This document shows, piece by piece, positions 1 to 12,545 of a DNA stretch of 64,000 bases. Position numbers and translations under genes: made by a program. Location of the stretch: contig NC_086097.1 of NCBI RefSeq assembly GCF_963921235.1, forward strand, positions 137,766,001 through 137,830,000. The letters are read 5' to 3'. The notes beneath the pieces are model-generated. The model was not told the origin of the DNA and ran no database searches. It saw nothing but the letters and a program-made list of their open reading frames with translations. The stretch's first letter is position 1; each line of letters starts with the position of its first letter. Source of the DNA: Mobula hypostoma (Eukaryota).

Positions 1-1010
1 TTCGCTCAGTTCCTCCATCTCACTGGACCCTCTGTCCCCTACTATTTCTGTCCTCCTTAGTGAAGACAGAACCAAAGTAATTATTCAATTGGTCTGCCAT
101 GTCCTTGCTCCCCATAATCAATTCATCTGTTTCTGTCTGCAGGGGACCTACATTTGTCTTTACCAGTCTTTTCCTTTTTACATATCTATAAAAGCTTTTA
201 CAGTCAGTTTTTATGTTCCCTGCCAGTTTTCTCTCATAATCTTTTTTCCCCTTCCTAATTAAGCCCTTTGCCCTCCTCTGCTGATCTCTGAATTTCTCCC
301 AGTCCTCAGGTGAGCCACTTTCTGTGGCTAATTTGTATGCTTCTTCTTTGGAATTGATACTATCCCTAATTTCTCTTGTCAGCCACAGGTGCACTACCTT
401 CCTTGATTTATTCTTTTGCCAAACTGGGATGAACAATTGTTGTAGTTCATCCATGCAACCTTTAAATGCTTGCCATTGCATATCCACCGTCAATCCTTTA
501 AGTGGCATTTGCCAGTCTATCTTAGCTAATTCACGTCTCATACCTTCAAAGTTACCCCTCTTTAAGTTCAGAACCTTTGTTTCTGAATTAACTATGTCAC
601 TCTCCATCTTAATGAAGAATTCCACCATATTATGGTCACTCTTACCCAAGGGGCTTCTCACGACAAGATTGCTAATTAACCCTTCCTCATTGCTCAAAAC
701 CCAGTCCAGAATAGCCTGCTCTCTAGTTGGTTCCTCGACATGTTGGTTCAAAAAACCATCCCGCATACATTCCAAGAAATCCTCTTCCTCAGCACCTTCA
801 CCAATTTGGTTCACCCAATCTACATGTAGATTGAAGTCACCCATTATAACTGCTGTTCCTTTATTGCACACATTTCTAATTTCCTGTTTAATACCATCTC
901 CGACCTCACTACTACTGTTAGGTGGCCTGTACACAACTCCCACCAGCGTCTTCTGCCCCTTAGTGTTACGCAGCTCTACCCATATCGATTCCACATCTTC
1001 CCGGCTTATG
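1..1010 (-). mobile_element. CR1 LINE ORF2 fragment (APE endonuclease region), runs off the window edge
   Basis: ORF 20..1024 has VGVVYRPPNS, MGDFN, PTR..AILD and SDHN endonuclease motifs plus the K.FY.Y linker typical of CR1. Confidence 0.93.
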
Positions 1011-1626
1011 TAATGTGGACACATCCTAATGTTAGTGAGCCAGACCCCCAGGTGTGGGTAAATAGGCCCGTCGCCTGGTGGACATCCTCAGGGGAGACCA
1101 AAGCTATGGAGTAAACTCAGACAGCAAATCCAGAGTACAGCCATTAAGGAGGCTGGAACATCTTTCTGGCAGCTCCTGCAGCCAAGCTGTGCCAAACAGA
1201 CTGCTTCATAAGCTTTCCTTTGGACTACACTGGTGAGGCCGAGAGGGGGATCTTGATACCTGGGCATCTCAGGATTTTCATACCTTCCGCCCAAGCTTAT
1301 GATGATGTTCATCACCCATTGTCCTTTGAGACAGATGAATGCCAACCACCACAGCTTGGAAACAGGCCCTTTGGACCAACTCATCCATGTTGATCAAGTT
1401 GCCTTGAGTTAGTTCCTTTTACCTGCATTGGTCCATATCCCTCCAAACCAGGGTTCCCAACCTGGGGTCCATGAACCCTTTGCTTATTGGTATTGAAAGG
1501 TTGGGAACCTTTCTTATACATGAACCGATCCAAATCGTCTTCATAATAAACCATTGCTCAATGATAGATTTGGACAAGATACTGTGTATATTTGCAAATT
1601 TGTTTCGCAAATCTTTTTAAAGGTCG

Positions 1627-2450
1627 TTAGATCATAAGACATGGAAACAGAATCACGCCATTTGGGCCATCAAGTCTGCACTGCCATTCAATTATGGCTG
1701 ACCCTTTTTCTCCCCTCATCAGCCCCATTCTCTGGCCTTCTTCCCCCCCCCTCCCCCCCACCGTAACCTTTCATGCTATGTCCAATCAAGAACCTATCAA
1801 TCTTTGCCTTAGATACACCCAATGGCCTGGCCTCCACAGCTGCATGTGGTAACAAATTCCACAAATTCATCATCCTCTGGCTAAAGAAATTTCTCCCCAT
1901 CTCTATTTTAAATGGATGCCCCTCTATCCTGAGGCTGTGCCCTCTTGCCCTAGACTTCCCCCACCATGGGAAACATTCATTAGACATCCATTTCACTTCT
2001 ACTCTGTCTAGGCCTTTAAATATTCGAAAGGGAGATCTTCCCCCACCCCATCCTTCTAAATTCTTGTGAGTACAGACCCAGAGCCATCAAATGTTCCTCA
2101 TATGATAACCCTTTCATTCCCAGAATCATCCATGTGAACCTCCTCTAAACCCTCTCCAATGCTAGCACATCTTTTCTAAGGTGAGGCCAGAACTGTTAAC
2201 AATACTCAAGGTGAGGCCTCACCAGTGCCTTATAAAGCCTCAGCATCACATCCCTCAGCTGCTTCTCAGCTTTCTGCCTGGCTTTCTAAATTCTCTCTTC
2301 AGGTCTTCATTGCTTTTTCTTCCTATGTCATTGGTACCAATATGCAGCAAGACATCTGGCTGCTGTCCCTCCCTCTCTAAAATGCTGTGTCCCTTACCTA
2401 GGAACCTGGGAGGCAACATGCCATCTGGGTGTCCCATTCACGTCCACAGA
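1627..2450 (-). mobile_element. Internally deleted CR1: ORF1 esterase fragment (2255-2450) joined to the ORF2 3' end and 3' UTR
   Basis: The ORF2 C-terminal motif RGHSLRI...FFSQRMMNLWN is in ORF 1688..1996. The SGNH-esterase motif LHIGTNDIGR is in ORF 2255..2437. Both are on the same strand. Confidence 0.85.
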
Positions 2451-2729
2451 AATTAAATTAAATGTAGACCAAATCTAAGGAACAGCAGAATCGGAGAAAT
2501 GTGTTCTGACATTTATTGCTGTGTTACAGGAAATAAATTAGACATTAGATAGTCAAAAAGCAGCCAAGATGAAAAGAAATATGAAATAAAAACAGGATGC
2601 TAAAAGTACTCAGCCCTGTCTCATACCGGGTCATCGGCCTGAAATGTTAACTCCTCTCTCCACAGACTTGCTAAGTATTTCAAACATTTTAAATAATTTT
2701 TTCAATTAAATCTTACCTGCAAAGTGTGC

Positions 2730-3280
2730 TCATTGTGGTATGCGTCAATACAAAGTTTGCTAGTCACTTCTCACTGTTCTATATATTTCATTTGGAGATT
2801 GTTACCTAAAACACAAACTTCTACAGATGTAATGTGGAGAGCATTCTGGCAGGCTACATCACTGTCTGGTATGGTAGGGTTGGGGGAGTTACCGCATGGG
2901 ATCGTAAGAAACTATAGAAAATTGTAAAACTAGTCAACCTCCTCATGGGTACTAGCCTCTGCAGTAGGCAAGATATCTTCAAGGAGCAGTGCCTCAGGGG
3001 TGGCATTCATTATTAAGGACCCCCAAGACCCTGGACATACCCTCTTCTCATTGTTACTGTCAGGAAGGAGGTACAGAAGCCTGAAGGCACAGACTCAGCA
3101 ATTCAGGGACAGCATCTTCACCTCTGCCATACTTTCCCCCCCTGTTTTTGCACCATTTTTGATTTAACTATTATAACGCACATGCACACACACTATTATT
3201 TTTCTGTATTGCATTGTACTGCTGCTGCTAAGTTAAGTTTCACCGTATATGTGGGTGATATTAAAGCTGATTCTGATTTG
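2730..3280 (+). mobile_element. Rex/Babar-type LINE 3' fragment, degenerate
   Basis: aacttctacagatgt...gagagcattctg...tggtatgg (NFYRC..ESIL..WYG), ttactgtcaggaaggaggtacagaagcctg, and a ctgattctgat tail. Confidence 0.75.
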
Positions 3281-3296
3281 TATGATTTGAACAAAG

Positions 3297-3371
3297 GCTT
3301 GCAAAGATGCCGCCAGTCAGAAGGTTGATGCCGGAGTTATGGTGGAAGCTGCCAAGTCTAAAATTCATCAG
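3297..3371 (+). CDS. CNOT10: CNOT10 coding exon (first in window): ACKDAASQKVDAGVMVEAAKSKIHQ
   Basis: AAG acceptor at 3294-3296 and GTATGT donor at 3372; 75 nt, phase 0/0. EAAKSKIHQ matches vertebrate CNOT10. An in-frame TGA at 3288 limits any upstream extension. Confidence 0.85.
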
Positions 3372-3719
3372 GTATGTGAATAATTTATCTTCAGCGGGTC
3401 TTCCTTTTGTTCAAATATAAGTGGTGTGTGGTGGGGGATTAGTCAGGATGTATAAAGTGAACAAAATTGAAGGGTTACGATATAGGGTTATGACACTGTT
3501 TTCAGTGGCAGGAGGGACTGTGTTGAAGGACACTGATTTAAAATGAAGAATATAAGAACCAAACCTGACTTAATTTTCTTGAAAGCTGTGTTTGAAATGC
3601 TGGTGAAAGTAGTTTCAATAATAAGCCTCAAAAGTTAAAGGAAATGAAGGCAGAGCCATGGGGATGTAGTTGTAAAGGGAATGATGGACTGAATGGCCTT
3701 TGCTGTAAAGTGGTAATTG

Positions 3720-4360
3720 ATTTGTTGTTGTCATGTACTAAGATATAGTGAAAAGCTTTTGTTTGCCATCCTAGACAGATCATTTGAAAATATAAGTACA
3801 ATGAAGTTGTACAAAGGAAAAAGCAATAACAAGGCAAAATTTAATAATACAGCTACAGAGAAAGTGCAGATCAGGCAGACAGATAAAGTGCAAGGGCTGC
3901 GATGAGGTAGATTGTGAGATCAGGAGTTCACCTTCAGCATATAAAAGGTCCAATCAAGGGTGTGATATTGGTGAGACAGAAGCTCTCTTTCAGCCTGGTA
4001 TAATGCTCTCAAGCTTCTGTATCTTCCCAATGGAGGCAGAAGAGGGAATGACTGGTGTGAGAGGTCAGGTGTTGACTCCTTTCCAAGGCAGCGGGAGCTG
4101 CAGACAGAATGATGACGTTATTAGAGGGAATGCTGGTTTGTGTGTTGGACTTCACTGCATTCACAACTCTCAATTTCTTGAGGTCATGGGCAGACTGGTT
4201 GCCATACCAACCAGATACGATGCTTTCATTTGTGCATATGTAAAAAAAAAATTGCTGTGTGTCATTATGGACATGGGACATGATGAACTATCTTAGCCTT
4301 AAGGAAGTAGGGGCATTGGTTTGCTTTCTTAGCCATAGCATCTGTGTGATTGTACCAGAA
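3720..4360 (-). mobile_element. Rex/Babar-type LINE 3' fragment, degenerate
   Basis: Minus-strand FYICTNESIVSGWYG and KKANQCPYFL remnants. Confidence 0.65.
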
Positions 4361-4724
4361 CAAGTTGGTGTATTCACACCATAAGATTAGTCTTTTATTC
4401 ATCATTGGGTAAGAATTGGACATTGGCCCATCTTGGTTCAAAGTAGGTGTGAGAAAATGGAGCTTCTCTTGCATTTATTGTGCTCACGATGGTGCAAATG
4501 TGATGTGTATGCTTAACCAGGTATGGTATATTTATCTTGTCATGCTTGTAATTTTCTATCTTTTCCCAATTGAAAGCATCATCTTTGTTTGATAGAGAGT
4601 GAGAGGTTGACCCAATGCCATCTTTGTGTAAGCACCCCAGGATGCTCTGCAACAGACCAAATGTATGCCATTTACAATGCTTATGGTTTACAAAGGCCAT
4701 CTCCATTTCATTTTCTTTTTGCAG

Positions 4725-4808
4725 TGTAAAGTAAGAGCTTACGTCCAGATGAAATCTTTGAAGGCTTGTAAACGAGAAATCAAATCTGTTATGAATACAG
4801 CTGGAAAT
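4725..4808 (+). CDS. CNOT10: CNOT10 coding exon: [28 protein letters not shown]
   Basis: Polypyrimidine tract plus TGCAG acceptor, GTAAGT donor; 84 nt; near-identical to vertebrate CNOT10. Confidence 0.97.
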
Positions 4809-6117
4809 GTAAGTAAATCAGGCATAACTGTTTCTGCTCTGCAAATCTGTTATAAATCTTGGGAATCTTTCAATCTGTGTGCATTTTCCTTCCTTCACTG
4901 CCTGATATAAATCTGGGTATGGGTGGATGGAGCTTTATGGCAATCTGAAAACCTTAAATGTCGCACCACAGGGAGGAATTTGACCCATGTGCCTGTGCCA
5001 GCTCTTTGAAAGGACTATCAAATCAATCCTCGTTTCCTACTCTCATCCTGCAGCTGTATAAAAGTATCAATTTTCCTTTTTAAATGGCTGTTCTGGAATT
5101 TGTTTTTCCCTTTCTGATAGTTTAACTGGGTCATAACAATCAGTGCCTTTAAAATTCCCCATTGCTCTTCTTGTTCTGTAAATCTGTCTTGTGGTTACTG
5201 ATCTACCTGCCAATACAAACAGTTTCATTGTGAAGTTCAACTTGCTGCTGTGCTCCTGTGAAATATGAATATACAGAGCATTGAGCATGCAGCTTTTAAT
5301 TCAACTATACCTGTGTTGTTGATAACACATCAAACTCTTTCTTGGGCTCTCCTCCAGAATATTCAGTTTCTTTGTATCTGGTGACTCGTTTTCTGGGTTG
5401 TTTACTAACCGTAACGCAAGTAAACACAGGCAGAGGCTGTTCGTCTCATCTTTGGAATTTGAGGCACAGAAAGATCCTATGGTCCGACTTGTCCTCACAT
5501 GTTGAAGAACAGCCATCCAGCATATTTCCATATCCCAGATTTTGTGTACAGTATTTACAGGTTCAAGTGACTTTTTATTGTTCTAATTGTGTTCTTTTCT
5601 GCATAATTTGTTTTTTCTTGTGAATATGGTGCCCCTAATACTATGTACTTGTGATGTTACTACAAGTAAACTTTTCATTGTATCTGTGCTTACGTGTACT
5701 TGTGCATTTGACAATAAACTCAACTTTGATCTTCTGAATATTTTTTAAGATAGCAAAGATCCCACTGCTCTTCTTTAACATGTTCCATGCTCATGTGAAA
5801 AGGTGCTATACTGGGTGTGACGACTGAGATTTTCTATTTCAATCTTTAGAGAACTTTTTGAATTTTACGGGACTGTGCTCAGTAGAATCATGATGTATTT
5901 ATATATAAGTGAACAGGTTTGTGAGAAATGTAATCTTTGTGTGCCTGGCAATTGGCATCATTCAATAGATTTTTTTCCAAACTTGAAGTTAGTGTATACA
6001 GTAGGATTATCATTGTAGATTTTGGTGGATTATCATAATGGGGCTTTGATTTATCATTTGTACATGTACAATGCCTGTGGATGTACGTACCTATCTATTT
6101 TATTTATTCTCTTGCAG

Positions 6118-6235
6118 TCGGCTCCATCGCTGTTTCTGAAGAGCAATTTTGAATATTTAAGGGGGAATTATCGAAAAGCAGTGAAACTATTGAACAGTGC
6201 CAACATCACAGATCATCCTGGGTTTCTCAGCACAG
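6118..6235 (+). CDS. CNOT10: CNOT10 coding exon: [39 protein letters not shown](G)
   Basis: TTGCAG acceptor, GTAAGA donor; 118 nt; frame continues from the previous exon. Confidence 0.97.
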
Positions 6236-7534
6236 GTAAGAATCCAAAGAACACAAGTTTTACATTGAATTAATTATTGGTAAATGGAAGTTGTAATCAA
6301 GAGCTTGGCAGTGCTCCTAAATTTTGATTGGTTGATTTTCTTCAGTCCTCCAGGGAATGAAAAAAAAAACCCTAAACTGCTTTCTGGGAAACAGATTTCC
6401 TTTCTATCTTGTTCCAGTGAGCTCTTAAAATATGCTTGTTCTATTCATCCTCGTTACTATTATTCTACAGTCAGTGGTTGAATAGAAGATGTCCTTTCCG
6501 ATGCTAGCAGGCGGTGATATAGTAATTTCAGCATAACAAACCATTTGAAGGCACTGCAGAGACAGGTCATTAAACAAAGTCACCGAGCTACATAAAGAAG
6601 TGTAATCGTGGTGTTTATGGGTGTAATTCTATTGCTTTGGGGTTTGGACAGTTGATTATTGTCTGTGGTCTACAGTTTAAATTGGAGATGTGTGAGGGGA
6701 CTGAACTGAAGGAAGAAAGACAGAGCTTACAGGCTGGAGGAGTTTAGGAAAGAGTGGGAGAGTCTGTAAATCAAGGGTATTGAGATATGTTGTATGAGCT
6801 CTATGACTCTCCAGCCTACCACATCCATGTCAAGCCTTTCCCCATCAACTCTAATCACTTTTGCCTTCATTAGCACTGTGTCCGTCTATGTCTTGCCAAT
6901 TTAAGTGTCTGTCTCAAAGCCTCATAAATGTAATAATTGATTCTGATTTCACCGCCTTCCCTGACATGTTCCAGCTATCAACTACTTTTGTGTTTTCTTA
7001 ATCTGTTTTCACAAAACTTGTTCACATCACCTTCCTGTGGTTTGTTGGGTTGGATGTTACCCAATAAATAAAGAAAGCAGTATTTCTGGGTGAGCGGGAC
7101 TTACTGCAAGTTAGCATACAGACTCTAGTTTGGAATGATCCCGGGTTTGTAGAGGGGAGGAATAATAATATTGGATTAGTCCAGCTCGGTTAGCAAAGGC
7201 ATGAATCTTGTTTCAGCAGCTGTTTAGCTGATGTGGATGGAGATGAGCAAAGTGGAAACAGGTGGTCTCTGCCTGGAGGTGAACATGTTGGGTCTTAAGC
7301 TCATTTCTGTATGGGCACCCATATTTGTGAATTAAGTTTATTTTCAGAATGATGCTGTGTAGAGGATCAGCTAGGTATCTAGAGATTGGAGCTAGGGAAT
7401 TAGATCTACAGACAAAGCTGTAGTCTTCATAGGATTTTGCTGCAGGGAATATTTACTCATTTAGTCTTTATGGAATATGGCACAATATTCAGGCTACCAC
7501 TTCAGTGGTATATCAAGGAAACTCGTGTCTTGGC

Positions 7535-7700
7535 AGTGGTTAGTGTAATGATTTACAGCGCTATTGATTACTGCTGCTGTCTGTAAGGAGTTTGTACGTT
7601 CTTCCCGTGATCATGTGGGTTTCCTGTGGGTGTTCGTTTCCTCCCACAGACGTACGGTCGTAAGTTGTGGGCATGCTGTGTTGCCACCGGAAACAACACA
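7535..7700 (+). mobile_element. V-SINE 5' half, interrupted by the LTR element; the 3' half resumes at ~10138-10250
   Basis: V-domain tgtctgtaaggagtttgtacgttcttcccgtg...gggtttcc. The continuation atggtgacac...tgtgacaaataaagct follows the right LTR, and an uninterrupted copy lies at 12245-12540. Confidence 0.8.
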
Positions 7701-10137
7701 CTGCTGCCCTCAAGTGCATTGTTTGCAAAGCTAGGTAGGAAGTTAAATGTCTTCTCAAAAAATCACCAAAGTAGGAAACTTTCTTCAGGGTTTTTAATGA
7801 GACAACTTTGTGAAATTGCAGCAAGTTAAGCAAAATGTATATTAGATTCAATACAGAATAGTCATGCCCTGAATATATAACATTATCGATTATTCTTATA
7901 ATCAGTATTAAATAAGGTAGTACACATGTGCAACATTCTATAGCTACGCCATGGACTAGAGTCAACTTGTGGTGCAATGATAGCTTAATAGTGAATGACG
8001 AAAAACATTATATTTCTTTGAAGTACATCTGCTAAATGTTTATTGATATTAAGAAAGCCGAAGTCTCTCAGATATTGCTGTTTCAAGGGGAAATAAGGAA
8101 TTGCTGGGGATGGATATCTTTCTACCATTTTTGCTCCAAGTCAAAATTCAAATTAACCCCTGCAGGAAATGATGCTTTAAAAAAAATTCAACTTACAAAC
8201 AGGAGGTGATGTTTGTACAAAATGAACTGCATACAAAACAAACAGTGCTTCTAGAGGCAGAACACTCAACTACTGAAACTAAATTTCAAATGATCATTTC
8301 GTTAAGTCTATCAAAAGAAGAACAGTCTCAGAGACTAGTCTTGAAGCAGTCTTGCTGTTCTCACTTTGAAAATGTCGTCCTTGCTGATCCACTGTACTTG
8401 CTCGTGGTATTATCTGATGAGCATACCGGTGACACAATGCTCACCCAGAATGACGAATATGTGTCGTATCTGTGAAGTGAGTTGTGCCTTCTTAATAAGT
8501 CTTCCAGTTCGCTGCAGCCCCTCAGAGTCAAGAAAGGGACAGGTTCACTGAGGTAACTTTGGATTGGAAGAAGTTCCTGCTTTGTGATGAACTGCACTTC
8601 CTCTGCATACACTTGTGTGCACCGATAGTGTCTCTGCCAAGCAACGGGAGAATCTCAGGGGAAGAGTTGAGTGGAGGGATCTTGTCATCTATAACCATTG
8701 GATGTGAACGACCGTGCGCTGCTTCAGGAGTTGAGTTTTTGTCCCTGCTGAGAATATGGTCCAGTCAATAAGAGCTGGCAGGATTAAGCAGATGTCTTCT
8801 CCTGTTCACTCTGCAACAGATCCACTGGCTCTGCTTCAGCTGACTTCTGAACATGTCTTTAGAATGTATCACCACAGCCTGGTGCAGTCGGTGAGGGCTG
8901 TGCAGTTGGTCTGTGGTAGCTTCTGTTGAAAGGTGAGCCACTGGTGCACTCGGTGCACTTTCAGCCCTTATTAAGTGGTGAACACTCGTGTTTCCAAGTT
9001 GGGTGACTTTGAGCACCTATACCTTAAATGAGGGTTCATCTTTCTTTGGGCTTGAATCTGAGGCGGCGGATGCAAGTTCAGGAGGAGGGCTGGGTAAAAA
9101 TTTGATGTGAACTATGACAGGAAACTGGTTCCTGTCTGTCTGCTGCTTTGATTCCATCCTCTGAGTAACCATGTCATAATAAAGGACTTGCCCCACTGGT
9201 TGGTTATTCAGTCCTCTTCCTATCGACGTGACCACCACTGTCCAAGTCAGCAGCTGCCTCTGCACAGGCAGCTGAAGCTGCAGCTTCACCCTCCTGTTGA
9301 GCACGTTCAGTGTAGCTTCTACGTGAGCTTTCTTCATGTCTGTGCTTGCTTTTTCAATTAGCATTTCAGCTTTGTGCTGTTCCCATTCCTGCTGCTTCAC
9401 TTCTGGCACTGCCTCATGCTGCAGCTATGCTAAATGTGGTTTTGCTAGAGTGTTACGAAGGTGCAATCGACGTGTCACATTCAGACCTCATTTCCAGGGC
9501 TAGTCAATTGACATTGTTAGAGACAGAAGCTGACATTGCAGCGTACGGCATTCAGACGCATCTCCTATCTGCGGCAATGCCTTTGAAGATGAGCTATTTC
9601 TTTTCACTCTACAGCCCTCTCAGTGCATTATGTGCAAAGCTAGGTAGGGAGTTAAACACCTTTTCAAAAATCACCCAAGCCGGAAGCTTTCTTCAGGGTT
9701 TTTAAATATGAAAACATAGTGAATCTGCAGGAAGTTAGGTAAGAGTTATTAGATTCAATGCAGAATAGTCATGCACTTGAATATACTAATATTATCGATT
9801 ATTCTCCTGATCGACATTAAGCAAGGTAATACACCAACATTCCGTAGCTATATTGTGGTCTGGATTGAGCTCGTGCTGCAATGGTAGCTTAATAGTGATG
9901 AACAATAAACAATACTTCCTTCAAAGTCCATCTACTAAGTGTTTACCAATATTAAGAAAGCTTTATCTCTGAGTCTTTTGCTGTTTCACGGGCAAATAAA
10001 GAGTGGATGGAGATGGATGTCTTTCAGCCATGTTTGTTGCAAGTTGAAATCCAAATTGTGCAGAAAGTGAGGTAAAGGAAAGTTTATGAGCAGGAAGTGA
10101 TACTTATACAAAAAGAGCCGTGTCTCGAGGCAGAATA
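7700..10137 (-). mobile_element. Internally deleted, decayed BEL/Pao LTR retrotransposon (LTRs ~9608-10137 and ~7700-8264)
   Basis: Two diverged ~530-560 bp direct repeats. The minus-strand LTR start reads TGTTCTGCC/TATTCTGCC and the internal region starts GTGAAAAGA. Remnant peptides: gag-like EMLIEKA..VEATLNVL.QEGEAAA, protease-region DKIPPLNSSPEILPLLGRD and C-terminal RLVSETVLLL. Confidence 0.85.
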
Positions 10138-10499
10138 ATGGTGACACATGTGACTGCCCTCAGAACATCCTCAGACTATATTGGTCATCAATGCAAATTA
10201 TGCATTTCACTGTGTTTTGATGTACATGTGACAAATAAAGCTCCATCTTTCATAAGGGACATTAAATCAAGGTTTTTCAGTCTTGAATCATATTTAAGAT
10301 TTCATAGCTTCATGTGTGAATTGTATGCCTCGTCTTTCTGGTGTCCAGTATTCACTTCTGAAGAAATTATCAGTTTATTATCACATGGTCATTTTTGGCA
10401 AATTGTGCAATATGCACAGTCTGTTGTATTTTCTGCTTTACATCAGTGATCACGCTACTTCGGGAACTTTCTTTAAGACATTCTGCTGTTTTTTTTAAG

Positions 10500-10720
10500 A
10501 TTAGAATTTTTTGTCACATGTACATCAAAACATGCAGTGAAATGTGACATTTGTGTCAAATCCAGTCATCAAGGGTTGTGGGGCAGCATAGCATGTCCAC
10601 AATTCACTAGTCCTAATTGTACATGTTTAGAAACTGGAGCATCGTGAGAAAACCCACATGGTCATGGGCATAGCGGACAAACTCCTTACCGGCAGCAGTG
10701 GGAATTGAGCTCCAGTCATC
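10500..10720 (-). mobile_element. V-SINE, degenerate
   Basis: Reverse-complement V-domain aaacccacatggtcatggg...caaactccttac. Confidence 0.7.
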
Positions 10721-11743
10721 ATTGGTTGAACTATTGTGAAAAGTGTAGCCTAAATAATCCATACTGGTCTAGTGTGTATGTAATGTCCAGAAGGCTGGAG
10801 AAATGGCGGTGATGCGGAGCTGTGAAATGGATATTGTCAGGATGGTATCCCTGCGGTTGGGATATTGATGAGAAACAGATGGACCAAAGATAAACTGCTA
10901 GTGGTGTTAGAGTGGAAGGAGAACCACTCGGGTTATAGGGTGAAAATTTCAACTTCATCCGCAAGTTTCGGGACTTATTACAACTTAAGTTTGAATGTGG
11001 GTGTAGCAGGTAATTTTGGATCTTCTTTCTAACTAACATAGTTATTTATCTTTCTCATTCATTATTCAGTGTCACTGAAGTATCGTACAACGTCTTTTAG
11101 GTTACATCATGTTGGGTTTCCATGACCACCTTCATGTGGCCCCTTGGCCAAAGTATGTTACTCATCCATGTGGGGAAAAATCTTGTCTGGTTATTTATAT
11201 GAATTTCAGTCTAGACATGTTTGAAATATTGAAATAAATCTCCAGTAAGTGCTACCTAAGATTTGCACAGACTTTTTCATTTCATTTGAAAGTGACTTTT
11301 ACTGAATACATTAATTTTCTTACATGCTTTTTATTGACCTCAGTAGTGCTCACTCTTAGTTAGTTTTCAGAAAGTTGCAGCACAAAAGTTCACACTTGGT
11401 GCTGCTGCTAGCTCTTGAAAAATCACTGCAATTGGCCTCACACCCTCATCTTTGTGTTTCTTGCAAATTTCAAATATGTACCTATTCCCCTTTTTTACAG
11501 TTTCCTTTTCATGCTGAATCCTTCTGATTGCCTTACTGTGCCAAAAAATTGTCTATTTTCCATGAATCCATCTTGTTGATTACTGAGCTTCCTGCCAGTA
11601 AAATGTTTAATGTGTTTTTTCCTTCTGTCAGTAATTTAATATTTACTTGAAATCTTATGCCAAAATACTGTCATGTTGAATTTGTTGCTTTTTTGTACAG
11701 TGCCACCTTTAACATTTTTCCTTTTAAAAATCTTTACCCATAG

Positions 11744-11893
11744 GTGAATGCATTCGGTGCATGTTCTGGAATAATCTTGGTTGCATCCATTTTGCCATGG
11801 GAAAACACAATCTAGGAATTTTCTACTTTAAAAAGGCATTGCAGGAGAATGACGTTGCCTGTGTGCGGTTGACAGGGTCGAGCACAGATCATG
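11744..11893 (+). CDS. CNOT10: CNOT10 coding exon: (G)[36 protein letters not shown]...STDH(G), TPR-like region
   Basis: CATAG acceptor, GTGGGT donor; 150 nt, phase 1/1. Confidence 0.97.
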
Positions 11894-12244
11894 GTGGGTT
11901 TCTTCTCATTAAAGGCCCTAAACAATTAACACAAATCATCAAACTGATTTCTTTATCAATGAATTGAATTTAAACATGCATGCAACTGGTGGATACTGAT
12001 TTGTTGCTTGTGCAGTCCAGCTGCAGATTGTTGAAGGTTTTTTTGTACCACCTAGTGCTCACTTTTGTGATATATTTCTTGTTGGTCAATAAGTGGTGCT
12101 ACTTTGCTTTTGTCAGTATTTTGGTGTAACTTCACTCCCAAACTCAAGCATAATATTCAGGTTGCCACCTTAGTGATGTATCAAAGAAATTCTTGTCTTT
12201 CATGAGGGTTGTTAAAGTAAGGTACTTCAGTCTTCTTGCCAGCA

Positions 12245-12545
12245 CAGAAGCATAGCGGGTAACATAACGCTTACAACGCCGGCAGTTGGAGTTCAATTCC
12301 TGTCGCTATCTGTAAGGAATTTGTATGTTCTTCCCATGACCACATGGGTTTCTTCCCACATACATTCCAAAGACATATGTCTGAGTGGTAACTTGTGGGC
12401 ATGCTATGTCAGTGCTGGAAGCGCGGCAACACTAGTGGGCTGCCTCAGCACATCCTTGGACTGTGTTGGTCACTGACGCAAACAATGCATCTCATTGTAT
12501 GTTTCGATGTGCATGCAACAAATAAAGTGAATCTTTCTTTCGAAA
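12245..12545 (+). mobile_element. V-SINE with candidate target-site duplication aggtacttcag(t/a)ctt (~12219-12233 and ~12560-12574)
   Basis: tRNA-like head with B-box gagttcaattcc, V-domain and aataaa tail. Confidence 0.8.

Noticed and set aside
324..1013. 229-aa plus-strand ORF
   Set aside because: It is the antisense shadow of the CR1 endonuclease ORF, with no independent motifs. The same applies to 56594..57013 and 58299..58694.
9346..9705. 119-aa plus-strand ORF, similar at its end to ORF 7626..7829
   Set aside because: The similarity comes from the two LTR copies, and the ORF is antisense to the decayed gag.
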